Made by a program: the position numbers and the translations under genes | Shown: positions 8,806 through 16,672 of the stretch, piece after piece | Layout of the letters: each line of letters starts with the position of its first letter | Numbering within the stretch: the first letter of the stretch is position 1 | The notes under the pieces: model-generated | Databases searched by the model: none | What the model saw: the letters and a program-made list of their open reading frames with translations, nothing else | Told to the model about the DNA's origin: nothing | Virus record (IMG/VR): IMGVR_UViG_3300037155_000078 | Span: 1-51,707 of that record | Source of the DNA: a virus | Taxonomy: Duplodnaviria > Caudoviricetes | Reading direction: 5' to 3' (one strand) | Length of the DNA stretch: 51,707 nt

Positions 8806-9095
8806 TACACCGTCTCCTGGCGGTCGCTGCTGGCTGGCTGTTGGGCGTATTCGCCGCCGAGGTCCTCGCGCATCGTCAGCGGTTTCATGTTCCCTAATTG
8901 CGGCGTTCGCCCGCGTTGACGAATCTCGCCATTCGGCATAATCTCGATCTCAATGGACTCATCGTTCTCAAGCAATGTGGTCAGTTCATCAATCGTCGGC
9001 TTCGGTTCGACCGTGCGCCAAGACGGGTCAAGGCCACGGGCCTTCTTAGCCGCGTCGGCGCGCTTCTTACGCCGTTTTGAAGGGGACTCGCTCAC
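8805..9095 (-). CDS. Hypothetical protein ending QQPASSDRQETV
   Basis: GTG 9095 after GGAGG inside R2. Confidence 0.7.
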   Translation of the reverse strand: MSESPSKRRKKRADAAKKARGLDPSWRTVEPKPTIDELTTLLENDESIEIEIMPNGEIRQRGRTPQLGNMKPLTMREDLGGEYAQQPASSDRQETV

Positions 9096-9298
9096 TTCAC
9101 CCTCCTTGCTCGTCGCGCTGCCTCGGCGTCCCAGGCGCGTTGAGGGCGGCGCTGGTCTCCGTCGCGCCGCGCGAACTGCGCGTCCGAGATCGGTGCGCCC
9201 CGCATCCGGCGACGGGCGAGATGATCGCATAGCGCGGACCAGGCGAGCGCGAGCAGCATGATTCCGGCAGCAAGGAGGAGCACGCCAAAGCCGTTCAT
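9092..9298 (-). CDS. Small single-pass membrane protein (MNG family, copy 2)
   Basis: MNG, hydrophobic helix, WSALCDHLARRRMRGAPI. Confidence 0.75.
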   Translation of the reverse strand: MNGFGVLLLAAGIMLLALAWSALCDHLARRRMRGAPISDAQFARRDGDQRRPQRAWDAEAARRARRVK

Positions 9299-9675
9299 GG
9301 CTTGAGACGCGCTGCGAGGGCGGCGATATGCAGGCGCGCTTCTTGCCGGTCGCCTTCTCGTTCATTTGCGTACTCACGTTTTGCGCCTCGGATTTGACTC
9401 TCGGCTTTTCCATCCGCCACGTCGTCGCGAAACTTCACTATTCCGACCGCCTTATCGCGCGGAAAGCCGCGCATTATGGCCGCCAACACGCGGACCTCAA
9501 TACGAACGTATTCTACTAGCTCCTCACTCGGTTCCAGCACATCGGCGGCGCTCGTGAAGGCGCGGCTCTTGAATCGCTCTGCGCGTTCGGCTTTTGGCTC
9601 GCCTTCGTCGCGGTAGCGTTCGGCTTCAATGCGCGCTTCCTCCGCGAGCATCCGGTATATCGCAGCGGCCGTCAT
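9295..9675 (-). CDS. Hypothetical protein
   Basis: ATG 9675 with ATGA coupling; a 28-aa hydrophobic ORF lies at 9672..9758. Confidence 0.6.
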   Translation of the reverse strand: MTAAAIYRMLAEEARIEAERYRDEGEPKAERAERFKSRAFTSAADVLEPSEELVEYVRIEVRVLAAIMRGFPRDKAVGIVKFRDDVADGKAESQIRGAKREYANEREGDRQEARLHIAALAARLKP

Positions 9676-9754
9676 GGCGTCCCCGCCCGAAAACCCATCC
9701 AGAACGCAAAGACGGCAAAGAGGAACAGCAGGACGCTCGGGTTCCACAGCGCCC

Positions 9755-10516
9755 TCATGGCCGTTCCTCCAGCGCGGCGTCGATTTCGTCGGCGTCATAC
9801 ACGCGCCAATCTTGGTTGCGCCCATCCAACACGACATCCGCCTCCACCGCCCGCACCCGCTCGATCGTCGCCTGTGCGCGGTGTAATTTCGCCTCTACAC
9901 AATCGCATAGTGGGTTCGTACAAGAACCGTCTGTATGGCGCGACACAAATACTTTCAGGCGCGCGACCTCGGCTTCGGCTCTCTCGGCACGCTCGGCGCG
10001 CCGCTCCATGTTCGTCCATTCGAGCGCCATCCTAACCTGCGCGTCGCCTTGACTCAGCGCCATTTCCTTAGCGCGTTGTTCGGAAACTAAAGCAGCGCCC
10101 AACCGCTCGCGCAGTTCTCGGCACTCGGCAATGAGGTCAGGCACGGCTTCGCGAGCAGCGGCGACGAAAGCGGCGTTTTCGGCCGACTTGTAGCGCCGAT
10201 TGGCTTCAATCGTGCGCGGATCTTTTGGCCCCGAAGCCGCCGCGCAGTTTACGACAGGCGTGTACCGCGTGGGAATGATACCTGCCGGGTCAACGCCGCC
10301 CTCGCGAACGACAACATTGAACGGCCCCCAGCCGTGAGGTTGGGAGTCAATCTCCCACGGTCCCGGCGTAGCGGCGTCCGCCAACGCCTGAAGCGCGTCG
10401 AGATCAAGGGCGCTCACAGCAGACTCCCGACCCGAACCAAACCCGACCCCCGGCGCTGAGGCGAGGTAGCGGTCGGCCATGAGGTCGGCGCGGGTCGCGT
10501 CGTCGGTTGCTTTCAT
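9755..10516 (-). CDS. Ead/Ea22-like protein
   Basis: LADAATPGPW, NAAFVAAAREAVPDLIAE, coiled coil; possible internal GTG start near 10417. Confidence 0.75.
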   Translation of the reverse strand: MKATDDATRADLMADRYLASAPGVGFGSGRESAVSALDLDALQALADAATPGPWEIDSQPHGWGPFNVVVREGGVDPAGIIPTRYTPVVNCAAASGPKDPRTIEANRRYKSAENAAFVAAAREAVPDLIAECRELRERLGAALVSEQRAKEMALSQGDAQVRMALEWTNMERRAERAERAEAEVARLKVFVSRHTDGSCTNPLCDCVEAKLHRAQATIERVRAVEADVVLDGRNQDWRVYDADEIDAALEERP

Positions 10517-10719
10517 GCGTCCTCGCCAAATTGCACCGTTTCTCCGTTGAGGAACACCGCGACGATCCTAAGGCGCTCGTCGCGTTCATGCGGCAAAACT
10601 TGCGCGTGGTCTTTGGCTTGCACGATTGCGTCACGAAGGCTCCGCGTGTCTTCGTCACAAGTGAAATTAAGATTGACGACGTAACGTGCGGGATGCTTAG
10701 ACGTGTACTGTGCGCTCAT
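10513..10719 (-). CDS. Hypothetical protein
   Basis: Strong AAGGAG ribosome-binding site; ATGA coupling. Confidence 0.65.
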   Translation of the reverse strand: MSAQYTSKHPARYVVNLNFTCDEDTRSLRDAIVQAKDHAQVLPHERDERLRIVAVFLNGETVQFGEDA

Positions 10720-10749
10720 ATGTTGTTAACTCCTTTGAGCTTTCATGGT

Positions 10750-10980
10750 TCACTCAGACGCGCTGCCGCGGGCCTTCTCGTGCGCGGCGCCAGGCACGTG
10801 CGGCGTCGGCGGTTCGATTTGCGGCGCCTTGTGCGCGGCCGCGTGGGTCGCGCCCAAGATCTCTTCGCTCCGCGCAGGGGCGTCAATCGACCTCGGTCCC
10901 GTCGTAATCGGCGGCGGAGGCGTTCTCCGTACCGCGGGTCTGCGCGGTTTAGGCTTGGGTTTCATCGGTTTGCGTGCCAT
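10750..10980 (-). CDS. Basic Pro-rich small protein
   Basis: AAGGAG RBS; MARKPMKPKPKPRR. Confidence 0.6.
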   Translation of the reverse strand: MARKPMKPKPKPRRPAVRRTPPPPITTGPRSIDAPARSEEILGATHAAAHKAPQIEPPTPHVPGAAHEKARGSASE

Positions 10981-11116
10981 CGTTTCTCCTTTGGTCCGAA
11001 AGCGGTGTACCGTCCTGGCAAAAGACGCCGTACCCGGCGTCGGCGAGAATCTCTAGCGTGCGGCCGAGCATGATGTACGTTCGCCGGCAGCGCGCGCAGG
11101 TGAGCAGGAAGGCCAT
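10949..11116 (-). CDS. Small Cys-containing hypothetical protein
   Basis: MAFLLTCARCRR; first gene of the leftward unit. Confidence 0.45.
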   Translation of the reverse strand: MAFLLTCARCRRTYIMLGRTLEILADAGYGVFCQDGTPLSDQRRNDGTQTDETQA

Positions 11117-11217
11117 TCTGCGGGAGTCGTTTCGCCCCGGAGGAGGCGCTTTCCCGCCCTCCCTCGTCGTTTCTCGTCGGGGGAGGAATCTCCACAACGA
11201 GGCGTAAAGGGGCGGGT
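11117..11217. promoter_or_regulatory. Divergent control region with nested inverted repeat
   Basis: Coding strand switches here; CCCGCCC(11153-59)/GGGCGGG(11210-16) and CCTCGT(11162-67)/ACGAGG(11197-202). Confidence 0.55.
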
Positions 11218-11907
11218 ATGAGAGAGTCAAAAACCTATGCAGCAGCCCTCGCCCGCGGGGGAGTGCCGATGGCACTTCAGTGGCGCATGGATCATACGGC
11301 CGGCGAGTATCCAGAAGCCCTCGCGGCTTTGAAACAATTGGACGATTCCGTGATCGCGGCCATCTACGCCGACAACCGCGCCGATAGCGCCGACGTTCGC
11401 GATCGCCACGCGCAGGAGCTGGCACCGTTCGAGCATTTGGAGCAGGCGCTCAAGCTCGAGATCGAACGTCGCCTTAAGGAACGGCGCACCGATCCCGACT
11501 CGAAGGTCGCGCTTCCGCACCCGGAGCTCGTGATCGAACTCGAGCCGCAATTCGGCGCGTACGTTTTCAGCGTCGACGGATTGAAACAGGCGGCGGCCAT
11601 GCTGGCCGACGACGAAGCGCGAAAACTCGTCAAGCATACGCCCGAGCACACCGATACGATCCCCGAAAAATGGGAAGCGGGCTCGACGGCGAGCATCAAA
11701 GCGCTGCGCGATAAGTACCCGGGCTCCGACGTCGCGAAGATCCTCAGCGAGTCAATGGATCGCCCCCGGCTTGGCGATCGCCTGACGATCAAGCTACGCG
11801 AGCCAGCGCCGAAGAACGTGACGGGGACGGTTGCAATCGCTCGCGATCTTCAGCGCGCAGAGCGTGAGCAAGAGAACCGTGAACTTGACGAGATGCACGG
11901 CGCATGA
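11218..11907 (+). CDS. Hypothetical coiled-coil early protein
   Basis: 229-aa ORF with phage-typical codons; alternative start ATG 11269 has GGAG RBS. Confidence 0.7.
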   Translation: MRESKTYAAALARGGVPMALQWRMDHTAGEYPEALAALKQLDDSVIAAIYADNRADSADVRDRHAQELAPFEHLEQALKLEIERRLKERRTDPDSKVALPHPELVIELEPQFGAYVFSVDGLKQAAAMLADDEARKLVKHTPEHTDTIPEKWEAGSTASIKALRDKYPGSDVAKILSESMDRPRLGDRLTIKLREPAPKNVTGTVAIARDLQRAEREQENRELDEMHGA

Positions 11908-12110
11908 ACGCAGCAGACCGGCAGGCTGTTTTAGGCGCTTATGCTGAGGCATTCGAGCAAGCCGCCTACGAGCACGACGATCAATCGGTTTTCAGTATGA
12001 CGTTCCGGTACATGACGCCAGATGCTGCTAGGCTACTCGGTCGCGTACTTCGCAGCGGTCTTCGATTGAAAGCCGTCCGCGAAGATGATCAAGAAAGGCG
12101 TGCGCTATGA
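11904..12110 (+). CDS. Hypothetical protein
   Basis: ATGA coupling at both ends. Confidence 0.6.
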   Translation: MNAADRQAVLGAYAEAFEQAAYEHDDQSVFSMTFRYMTPDAARLLGRVLRSGLRLKAVREDDQERRAL

Positions 12111-12406
12111 ACCGCGAGCCCGTGAAGTCGTCGAACATCGCCGCGATCGGCTACGATGCCGGCGCGCAGCTCCTCGAAATAGAGTTCCACCCGAGCCGCG
12201 AGGGCCGCGTCGACGTGTGGCGATATTCGCCCGTCGACGCGGCCTTGTACGCATCCCTCGTCGGCGCCCCGTCGATCGGCCGCCGTTTCAATGCGCTCAA
12301 GCGCGACCCGGCCCTCAAGGCCGAACTCGTCGAGCGCTTCTATCGCGCCGCCCCGAAAGAGGAAATTCCCGTCGCCAATGATGCCGCGACGAACGGGCAA
12401 ACCTAA
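12107..12406 (+). CDS. KTSC domain protein
   Basis: VKSSNIAAIGYD, LEIEF, APSIGRRFN. Confidence 0.9.
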   Translation: MNREPVKSSNIAAIGYDAGAQLLEIEFHPSREGRVDVWRYSPVDAALYASLVGAPSIGRRFNALKRDPALKAELVERFYRAAPKEEIPVANDAATNGQT

Positions 12407-12445
12407 CTCACTCGGCATCGCAATCTGAAAGCAGGAAACCACACT

Positions 12446-12997
12446 ATGAGCAGCACCCCGGAAGTCTACGGAGAATACGCTCCGACCCCCGCCAACAAAA
12501 TCGATCTGCCCGATGGAACATACGAGGCCATGATCGAGTCGACCACGCTGGTACGCAACGAGCAAGGCGAACCGGTTGCCAACCGCGACGGCAAGCATCA
12601 GGTCGATGTGTACTTTCGCGTCGCCAATGCAACCGACAGCGGAAACGGACCCGTGAGCGTGCGCCGACGGTTCACGATCAGCTATGGGAAGAACCAGCAG
12701 AACGGCAAATGGGCGCAATGGGCGCAATTCCTTGCGACCGCGCGGCCGGAAGTCCAAGCCGGCGACGAGCGGCAGAAGAAAATCTCGAACATGCATCTCC
12801 AGGGTAAGATTGTGCGGATCGTCGTGGCCGAGAATGAACGCGGCTACGTCGACATCGTGCGGCTGCTGCCGAAGAAGGCCGCCGAGGCGCAGCCCAGCGA
12901 GCAGCGCGCGCCGACGGCGCAGCAGCAGCGCAAACCGGACCCCGAACCCGGGGAGCGATCGTTCCTCGACGACGATCCTGACAGCATACCGTTTTGA
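12446..12997 (+). CDS. Single-stranded DNA-binding protein-like
   Basis: LPDGTYEA start, beta-rich core, acidic tail DDDPDSIPF. Confidence 0.75.
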   Translation: MSSTPEVYGEYAPTPANKIDLPDGTYEAMIESTTLVRNEQGEPVANRDGKHQVDVYFRVANATDSGNGPVSVRRRFTISYGKNQQNGKWAQWAQFLATARPEVQAGDERQKKISNMHLQGKIVRIVVAENERGYVDIVRLLPKKAAEAQPSEQRAPTAQQQRKPDPEPGERSFLDDDPDSIPF

Positions 12998-13308
12998 TGG
13001 CTAACCAGGCCGGGGGCGGCGCGCAAGCGCCGCTCCCTCCCGACCGATCGCCAATCTTCGAAGCTGCGATCGAACAAGAGGTCCAGAAGCGGCACTACCG
13101 TCTCAAATTTGGGCGCTTCGCGGTTGGAGCCGAGGCGTTCCGCGAGGGCGCGCGTTGGGCGTTTGCGTTCCAACCTTGCTCGGCAGCATCATACCTGAAT
13201 CTCGCGATCCTCCAAGCGAGAGCGCGCACAAACGGCGACCCGCGCGAGGTGCGTCGGCTCGGAGTTTTACTGCGCCAAATCGAGCGCGCATGGAAGCAGA
13301 CAGGATGA
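12994..13308 (+). CDS. Hypothetical protein
   Basis: Coupled to neighbours; start probably ATG 12997. Confidence 0.6.
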   Translation: MMANQAGGGAQAPLPPDRSPIFEAAIEQEVQKRHYRLKFGRFAVGAEAFREGARWAFAFQPCSAASYLNLAILQARARTNGDPREVRRLGVLLRQIERAWKQTG

Positions 13309-13511
13309 ACGGGTGGTGGGTTTTGGGCCTGACTGTTTTCATCACGGTTCCTATGCTCGGGTGGTCCGCGCTCATGGACTACTTGGCCCAACGGCAGATG
13401 CGCCGTGCACCGATCGCCGCCTCTCAGCGGTTTCGCAGAGAGCACGTCCATGAATTGCCCGGATTCGAGGCAACGTACGACGACCTGCCGCAGCCCCGGA
13501 AGAAACCATGA
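13305..13511 (+). CDS. Small single-pass membrane protein (MNG family, copy 3)
   Basis: MNGWWVLG...WSALMDYLAQRQMRRAPI aligns with 9092..9298. Confidence 0.75.
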   Translation: MNGWWVLGLTVFITVPMLGWSALMDYLAQRQMRRAPIAASQRFRREHVHELPGFEATYDDLPQPRKKP

Positions 13512-13528
13512 CGGCCCCCGCTCTGCCC

Positions 13529-13760
13529 TGTGAACAGGCTGCGAATAACCTGTGGACAACCCGGGGTCTTATCCACAGGTTTTTATGTTTTTCACGGTCC
13601 GAAAAAGTTGTCCACTTTACTCACAATTACGTCCACAGGCTTGCTCGCAAGCCATCCACAGGTGGAAAATGACGGCATGTAAAGAGGGGCCGAATTTATC
13701 CACTTTGCTCACCGTACGGCCACCACCGTTACCGTTCTTTATAGGTATATCTCTCTGAAA
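13529..13760. promoter_or_regulatory. oriC-like replication origin (DnaA-box cluster plus unwinding element)
   Basis: Perfect TTATCCACA 13569-77; near-consensus boxes at 13529, 13540, 13551, 13661 (reverse) and 13588, 13608, 13617, 13629, 13641, 13652, 13696, 13705; then CCA CCA CCG TTA CCG TTC and TTTATAGGTATAT. Confidence 0.85.
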
Positions 13761-13871
13761 ACGGCAGCAACGGCGGGACCCTTCGACCTGTGGGCAACCG
13801 CCTATCTGAGCGGCAAGACCAAAGAGAAACCGCCGCCGCGACCGAAAGACGGCAAACCGCCGACCGAGTTC

Positions 13872-14186
13872 GTGATCGCGCACATCGAGGGCATCTTCGG
13901 AATGAAGCTCGCGGAGGTCATGCGCCGGCGCGGGAACGCTGGGCGGCCGAACCGACAAACGATTCAGGTCAAGAGCTATGCGATCTGGCTCGCAACCGAG
14001 GTCACCGCCGATTCCCTCATGGAGATCGCGCGCGCATTCGGATACCGCGACCACACGACGGTTATGTACTTTCGCAATATCGTGCGCGCGCAGTTCAAGA
14101 CCGGATACGATCGCGATCGGCTCGAGGCGGCGTGCGAGACGTTACGCCGAAGCTGGGATAAATTCGTCAAGAACGGAGCATCATGA
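13872..14186 (+). CDS. DnaA domain IV (Bac_DnaA_C)-only protein
   Basis: SLMEIARAFGYRDHTTVMY matches the DnaA signature; no AAA+ domain; frame is open upstream to 13683, so the start may be earlier. Confidence 0.88.
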   Translation: MIAHIEGIFGMKLAEVMRRRGNAGRPNRQTIQVKSYAIWLATEVTADSLMEIARAFGYRDHTTVMYFRNIVRAQFKTGYDRDRLEAACETLRRSWDKFVKNGAS

Positions 14187-14488
14187 GCCAACAGGATCCA
14201 CCGAACATCCTCGAGCTCGAGCGACGCGCCAGCGAAGATGACGGCGCGGGATTTCTCACGCTCTCGCCCGAGAAGGCGCAAGCCAAATGTCACACGGGCG
14301 AAGGCGCGCGCTGCTGCCGCTATCTTTTCAGAGGTTCCTCTGGACTCGAGTGCGGATATCGGAACGAGATCGCTCGAGCGTGGGCCGATGCGAAGGTGGC
14401 GCGTTTTGAATTCCTCGCGCGCAGCGGGCCGTGCGCCGATCCCGACGACGACCTCTCGGAAGCGAAACCGTACGAGGGGCCAGCGTGA
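14183..14488 (+). CDS. Cys-containing hypothetical protein
   Basis: KCHTGEGARCCRYL; coupled. Confidence 0.65.
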   Translation: MSQQDPPNILELERRASEDDGAGFLTLSPEKAQAKCHTGEGARCCRYLFRGSSGLECGYRNEIARAWADAKVARFEFLARSGPCADPDDDLSEAKPYEGPA

Positions 14489-14814
14489 TCGCTCGCGGCA
14501 ACCTGCCCACGAGCGGCATGAACCGCCTTGAAGCAGCCTGGGCATCCGACCTCGAAGTGCGCCGACGCGTGGGCGAGATCGCCTGGTTCAGGTACGAAGG
14601 CGTAACCCTTAAACTCGCCCACGACACGCGCTACACGCCCGACTTTGCCGTCATGCTCGCTAACGGAGAAATGGAGATGCACGAAACGAAGGGCGGATTC
14701 ATGCGCGAAGATTCGTTCATCAAGATCAAACTCGCGGCGAGCCTTTTCCCGTTCCGGTTTTACCTCATCCGTCGCGACAAGAGCGGCCTGACCATCAAGG
14801 AGATTTCACCGTGA
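14485..14814 (+). CDS. PD-(D/E)XK nuclease (DUF1064-like, possible junction resolvase)
   Basis: MNRLEAAWA, YEGVTLKLA, YTPDF, HETKG. Confidence 0.8.
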   Translation: MIARGNLPTSGMNRLEAAWASDLEVRRRVGEIAWFRYEGVTLKLAHDTRYTPDFAVMLANGEMEMHETKGGFMREDSFIKIKLAASLFPFRFYLIRRDKSGLTIKEISP

Positions 14815-14984
14815 CCAAACGCCAGGCAAACGCAATCGCCGCCCAACTACGACGCGCCGGCCTCTCTCCTCGAGATGGCCGAAGGCGATCCTACCCCCAC
14901 AGTTATCCTCGCTGCCGCCGTGCTGGCAAGCGAAGCGACGGCGAAGATCGTGTCTGACCTCTACGCGAAACCCGACGCGAAGGC

Positions 14985-16359
14985 GTGAGATTCGGCAGCG
15001 TCTGCTCAGGGATCGAGGGTGCATCGGTCGCGTGGGAATCGCTCGGTTGGAAACCGGCGTTCGTCGCGGAGATCGATCCCTTCGCGAACGCAGTACTCGC
15101 CCATCACTATCCCGACGTCCCAAACGTCGGAGACTTCACAAAGATCGGAACGAACGATGTCGGATCAGTTGACCTTCTTATCGGCGGAACGCCCTGCCAA
15201 GATTTCTCCGTGGCGGGACTTCGCGCGGGCCTTGCTGGCGATCGCGGTGCGCTCACCGTTGAATTTGTGCACCTCGCTGAACGCCTTCGCCCCCGCTGGC
15301 TGGTATGGGAGAACGTCCCCGGTGTCTTGTCGGCTGACGGGGGGGGGGGCATTTGGAATCTTCCTCGGGGCGCTGGGGAAACTCGGGTATGGGTTCGCTT
15401 ACCGAATTCTTGACGCTCAGCACTTCGGAGTTCCACAGCGACGCCGTCGCGTGTTCGTTGTCGGATATCTTGGAGATTGGCGACCTGCCGCAGCGGTACT
15501 ATTTGAGCGCGAAAGCCTGCGTCGGGATTCTGCGCCGCGCAGAGAAACGCGGGAGATCGTTACCGCCCTTACTGCAAACGGCCTTGGAGGGGGCGGCCCG
15601 GACGACAACCTAGCGCAAGGCGGCCAACTGTTGGTCGCCTACGAGGTCGCCCATTCGCTGCGCGCCGATGGGTTCGATGCGAGCGAGGATGGCACCGGAC
15701 GCGGAACGCCGCTTGTCGCGACAGTTCTCGGCGACGTTTCGCATACGCTCACGGCGTACAAGGGGCGCGGGCCAGTTCAAGAGGACGGCACCGGGCGAGG
15801 TGCGCCAATCGTCGCGTTCTCATGCAAGGATCACGGCGCAGACGCGGGTGACCTCGCACCCACGTTGCGAGCGATGGAGTTCGATGGTTCTCACGCGAAC
15901 GCTGGCGGTCAGTTAGCAATCGCGTACGGAATCTCAAGCGATGCGATCGACCGATCCGGCGAGGGCGCGGATGGCACGGCTGCGGTTCGAGCTGGCCTTG
16001 GCATCGTCGAGGACGCATCTCCAACCCTTCGCGCAGGGCATGCGAACGCGGTAGCATTCAATCTTCGTGGCAGAGAAAACGGCGCACAACCTGAGATCGA
16101 CGGCGATGGCCTGGCCGCCATACGCGCCGCATCTGGAGGCTCGTCACGATCCTACGTCGCGACGAGCGCCGTTCGCCGGCTCACTCCCGTCGAGTGTGAA
16201 AAACTCCAGGGATTTCCGCCCAACTATACGCTCGTCCCGTACCGCAAGAAGCCCGCTGCCGACGGCCCGCGCTACCGAGCTTTGGGAAACTCGTTCGCCG
16301 TGCCCGTCGTCCGCTGGATTGGCGAACGGATCGCCGCGATCGAAACCCTGCTCGACTAG
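14985..16359 (+). CDS. C5-cytosine DNA methyltransferase, alpha frame, frameshifted at a G11 tract
   Basis: SVCSGIEG, GGTPCQDFS and WENVPG in 14985..15413; DAQHFGVPQRRRRVF, RRLTPVECEKLQGFP and ALGNS in the next frame; removing one G gives 457 aa. Confidence 0.9.
15157..15613 (+). CDS. Overlapping beta-type methyltransferase peptide in an alternative frame, broken by the same tract
   Basis: MSDQLTFLS.. joins ..SLSDILEIGDLPQRYYLSAKACVGILRRAEKRG when the tract is G10 (151 aa). Confidence 0.7.
15339..15349 (+). repeat. Poly-G homopolymer (G11)
   Basis: gac-GGGGGGGGGGG-cattt. Confidence 0.95.
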
Positions 16360-16592
16360 GCCCGAACCCGCCGATCCGCCGCCCAGGCCGCCCGGAGTTT
16401 CGCAAGCGGCGTCCGCGTCACGCGAGCCAGCACCGGCAACTGCTCCAACTTGGGAAGATTGTCGTTCGCCCCGGTCCCCCCGGAGCGCCAGCGTTGGGCC
16501 GTCCTGACCGTTACCCCGCACCGGCGAGCCAGAAGGGCGCTCGGGTAGGGGAGGAGGATGGCGGCGAGCTTGGAGCCGGGTTTCTGGGCCAT
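16356..16592 (-). CDS. XRE/Cro-like HTH regulator
   Basis: LLARRCGVTVRTAQRW..G...LP; lone minus-strand gene in the early region; TATTGT 5 nt before ATG. Confidence 0.75.
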   Translation of the reverse strand: MAQKPGSKLAAILLPYPSALLARRCGVTVRTAQRWRSGGTGANDNLPKLEQLPVLARVTRTPLAKLRAAWAADRRVRA

Positions 16593-16637
16593 ACGACACA
16601 ATACGACGAGGGGGAGATTAAATCTTTGCCGGACCCC

Positions 16638-16672
16638 TTGCGTTGCGGTATCCGATGCTGTAACGTAAGGAC
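16638..16672 (+). promoter_or_regulatory. Sigma70-type promoter, probably leaderless
   Basis: TTGCGT-N17-TAACGT-N6-ATG(16673); divergent from the HTH gene. Confidence 0.6.

Noticed and set aside
7570-8847. 41-bp repeats as a CRISPR array or DGR template/variable pair
   Set aside because: Copies are over 1 kb apart and in coding junctions; no cas or reverse transcriptase gene; only one mismatch
15019-15156. Tracked start of the 446-aa ORF 15019..16359 as a real gene
   Set aside because: It is a chimera of the beta-frame N-terminus and alpha C-terminus created by G11, and lacks motifs I and IV
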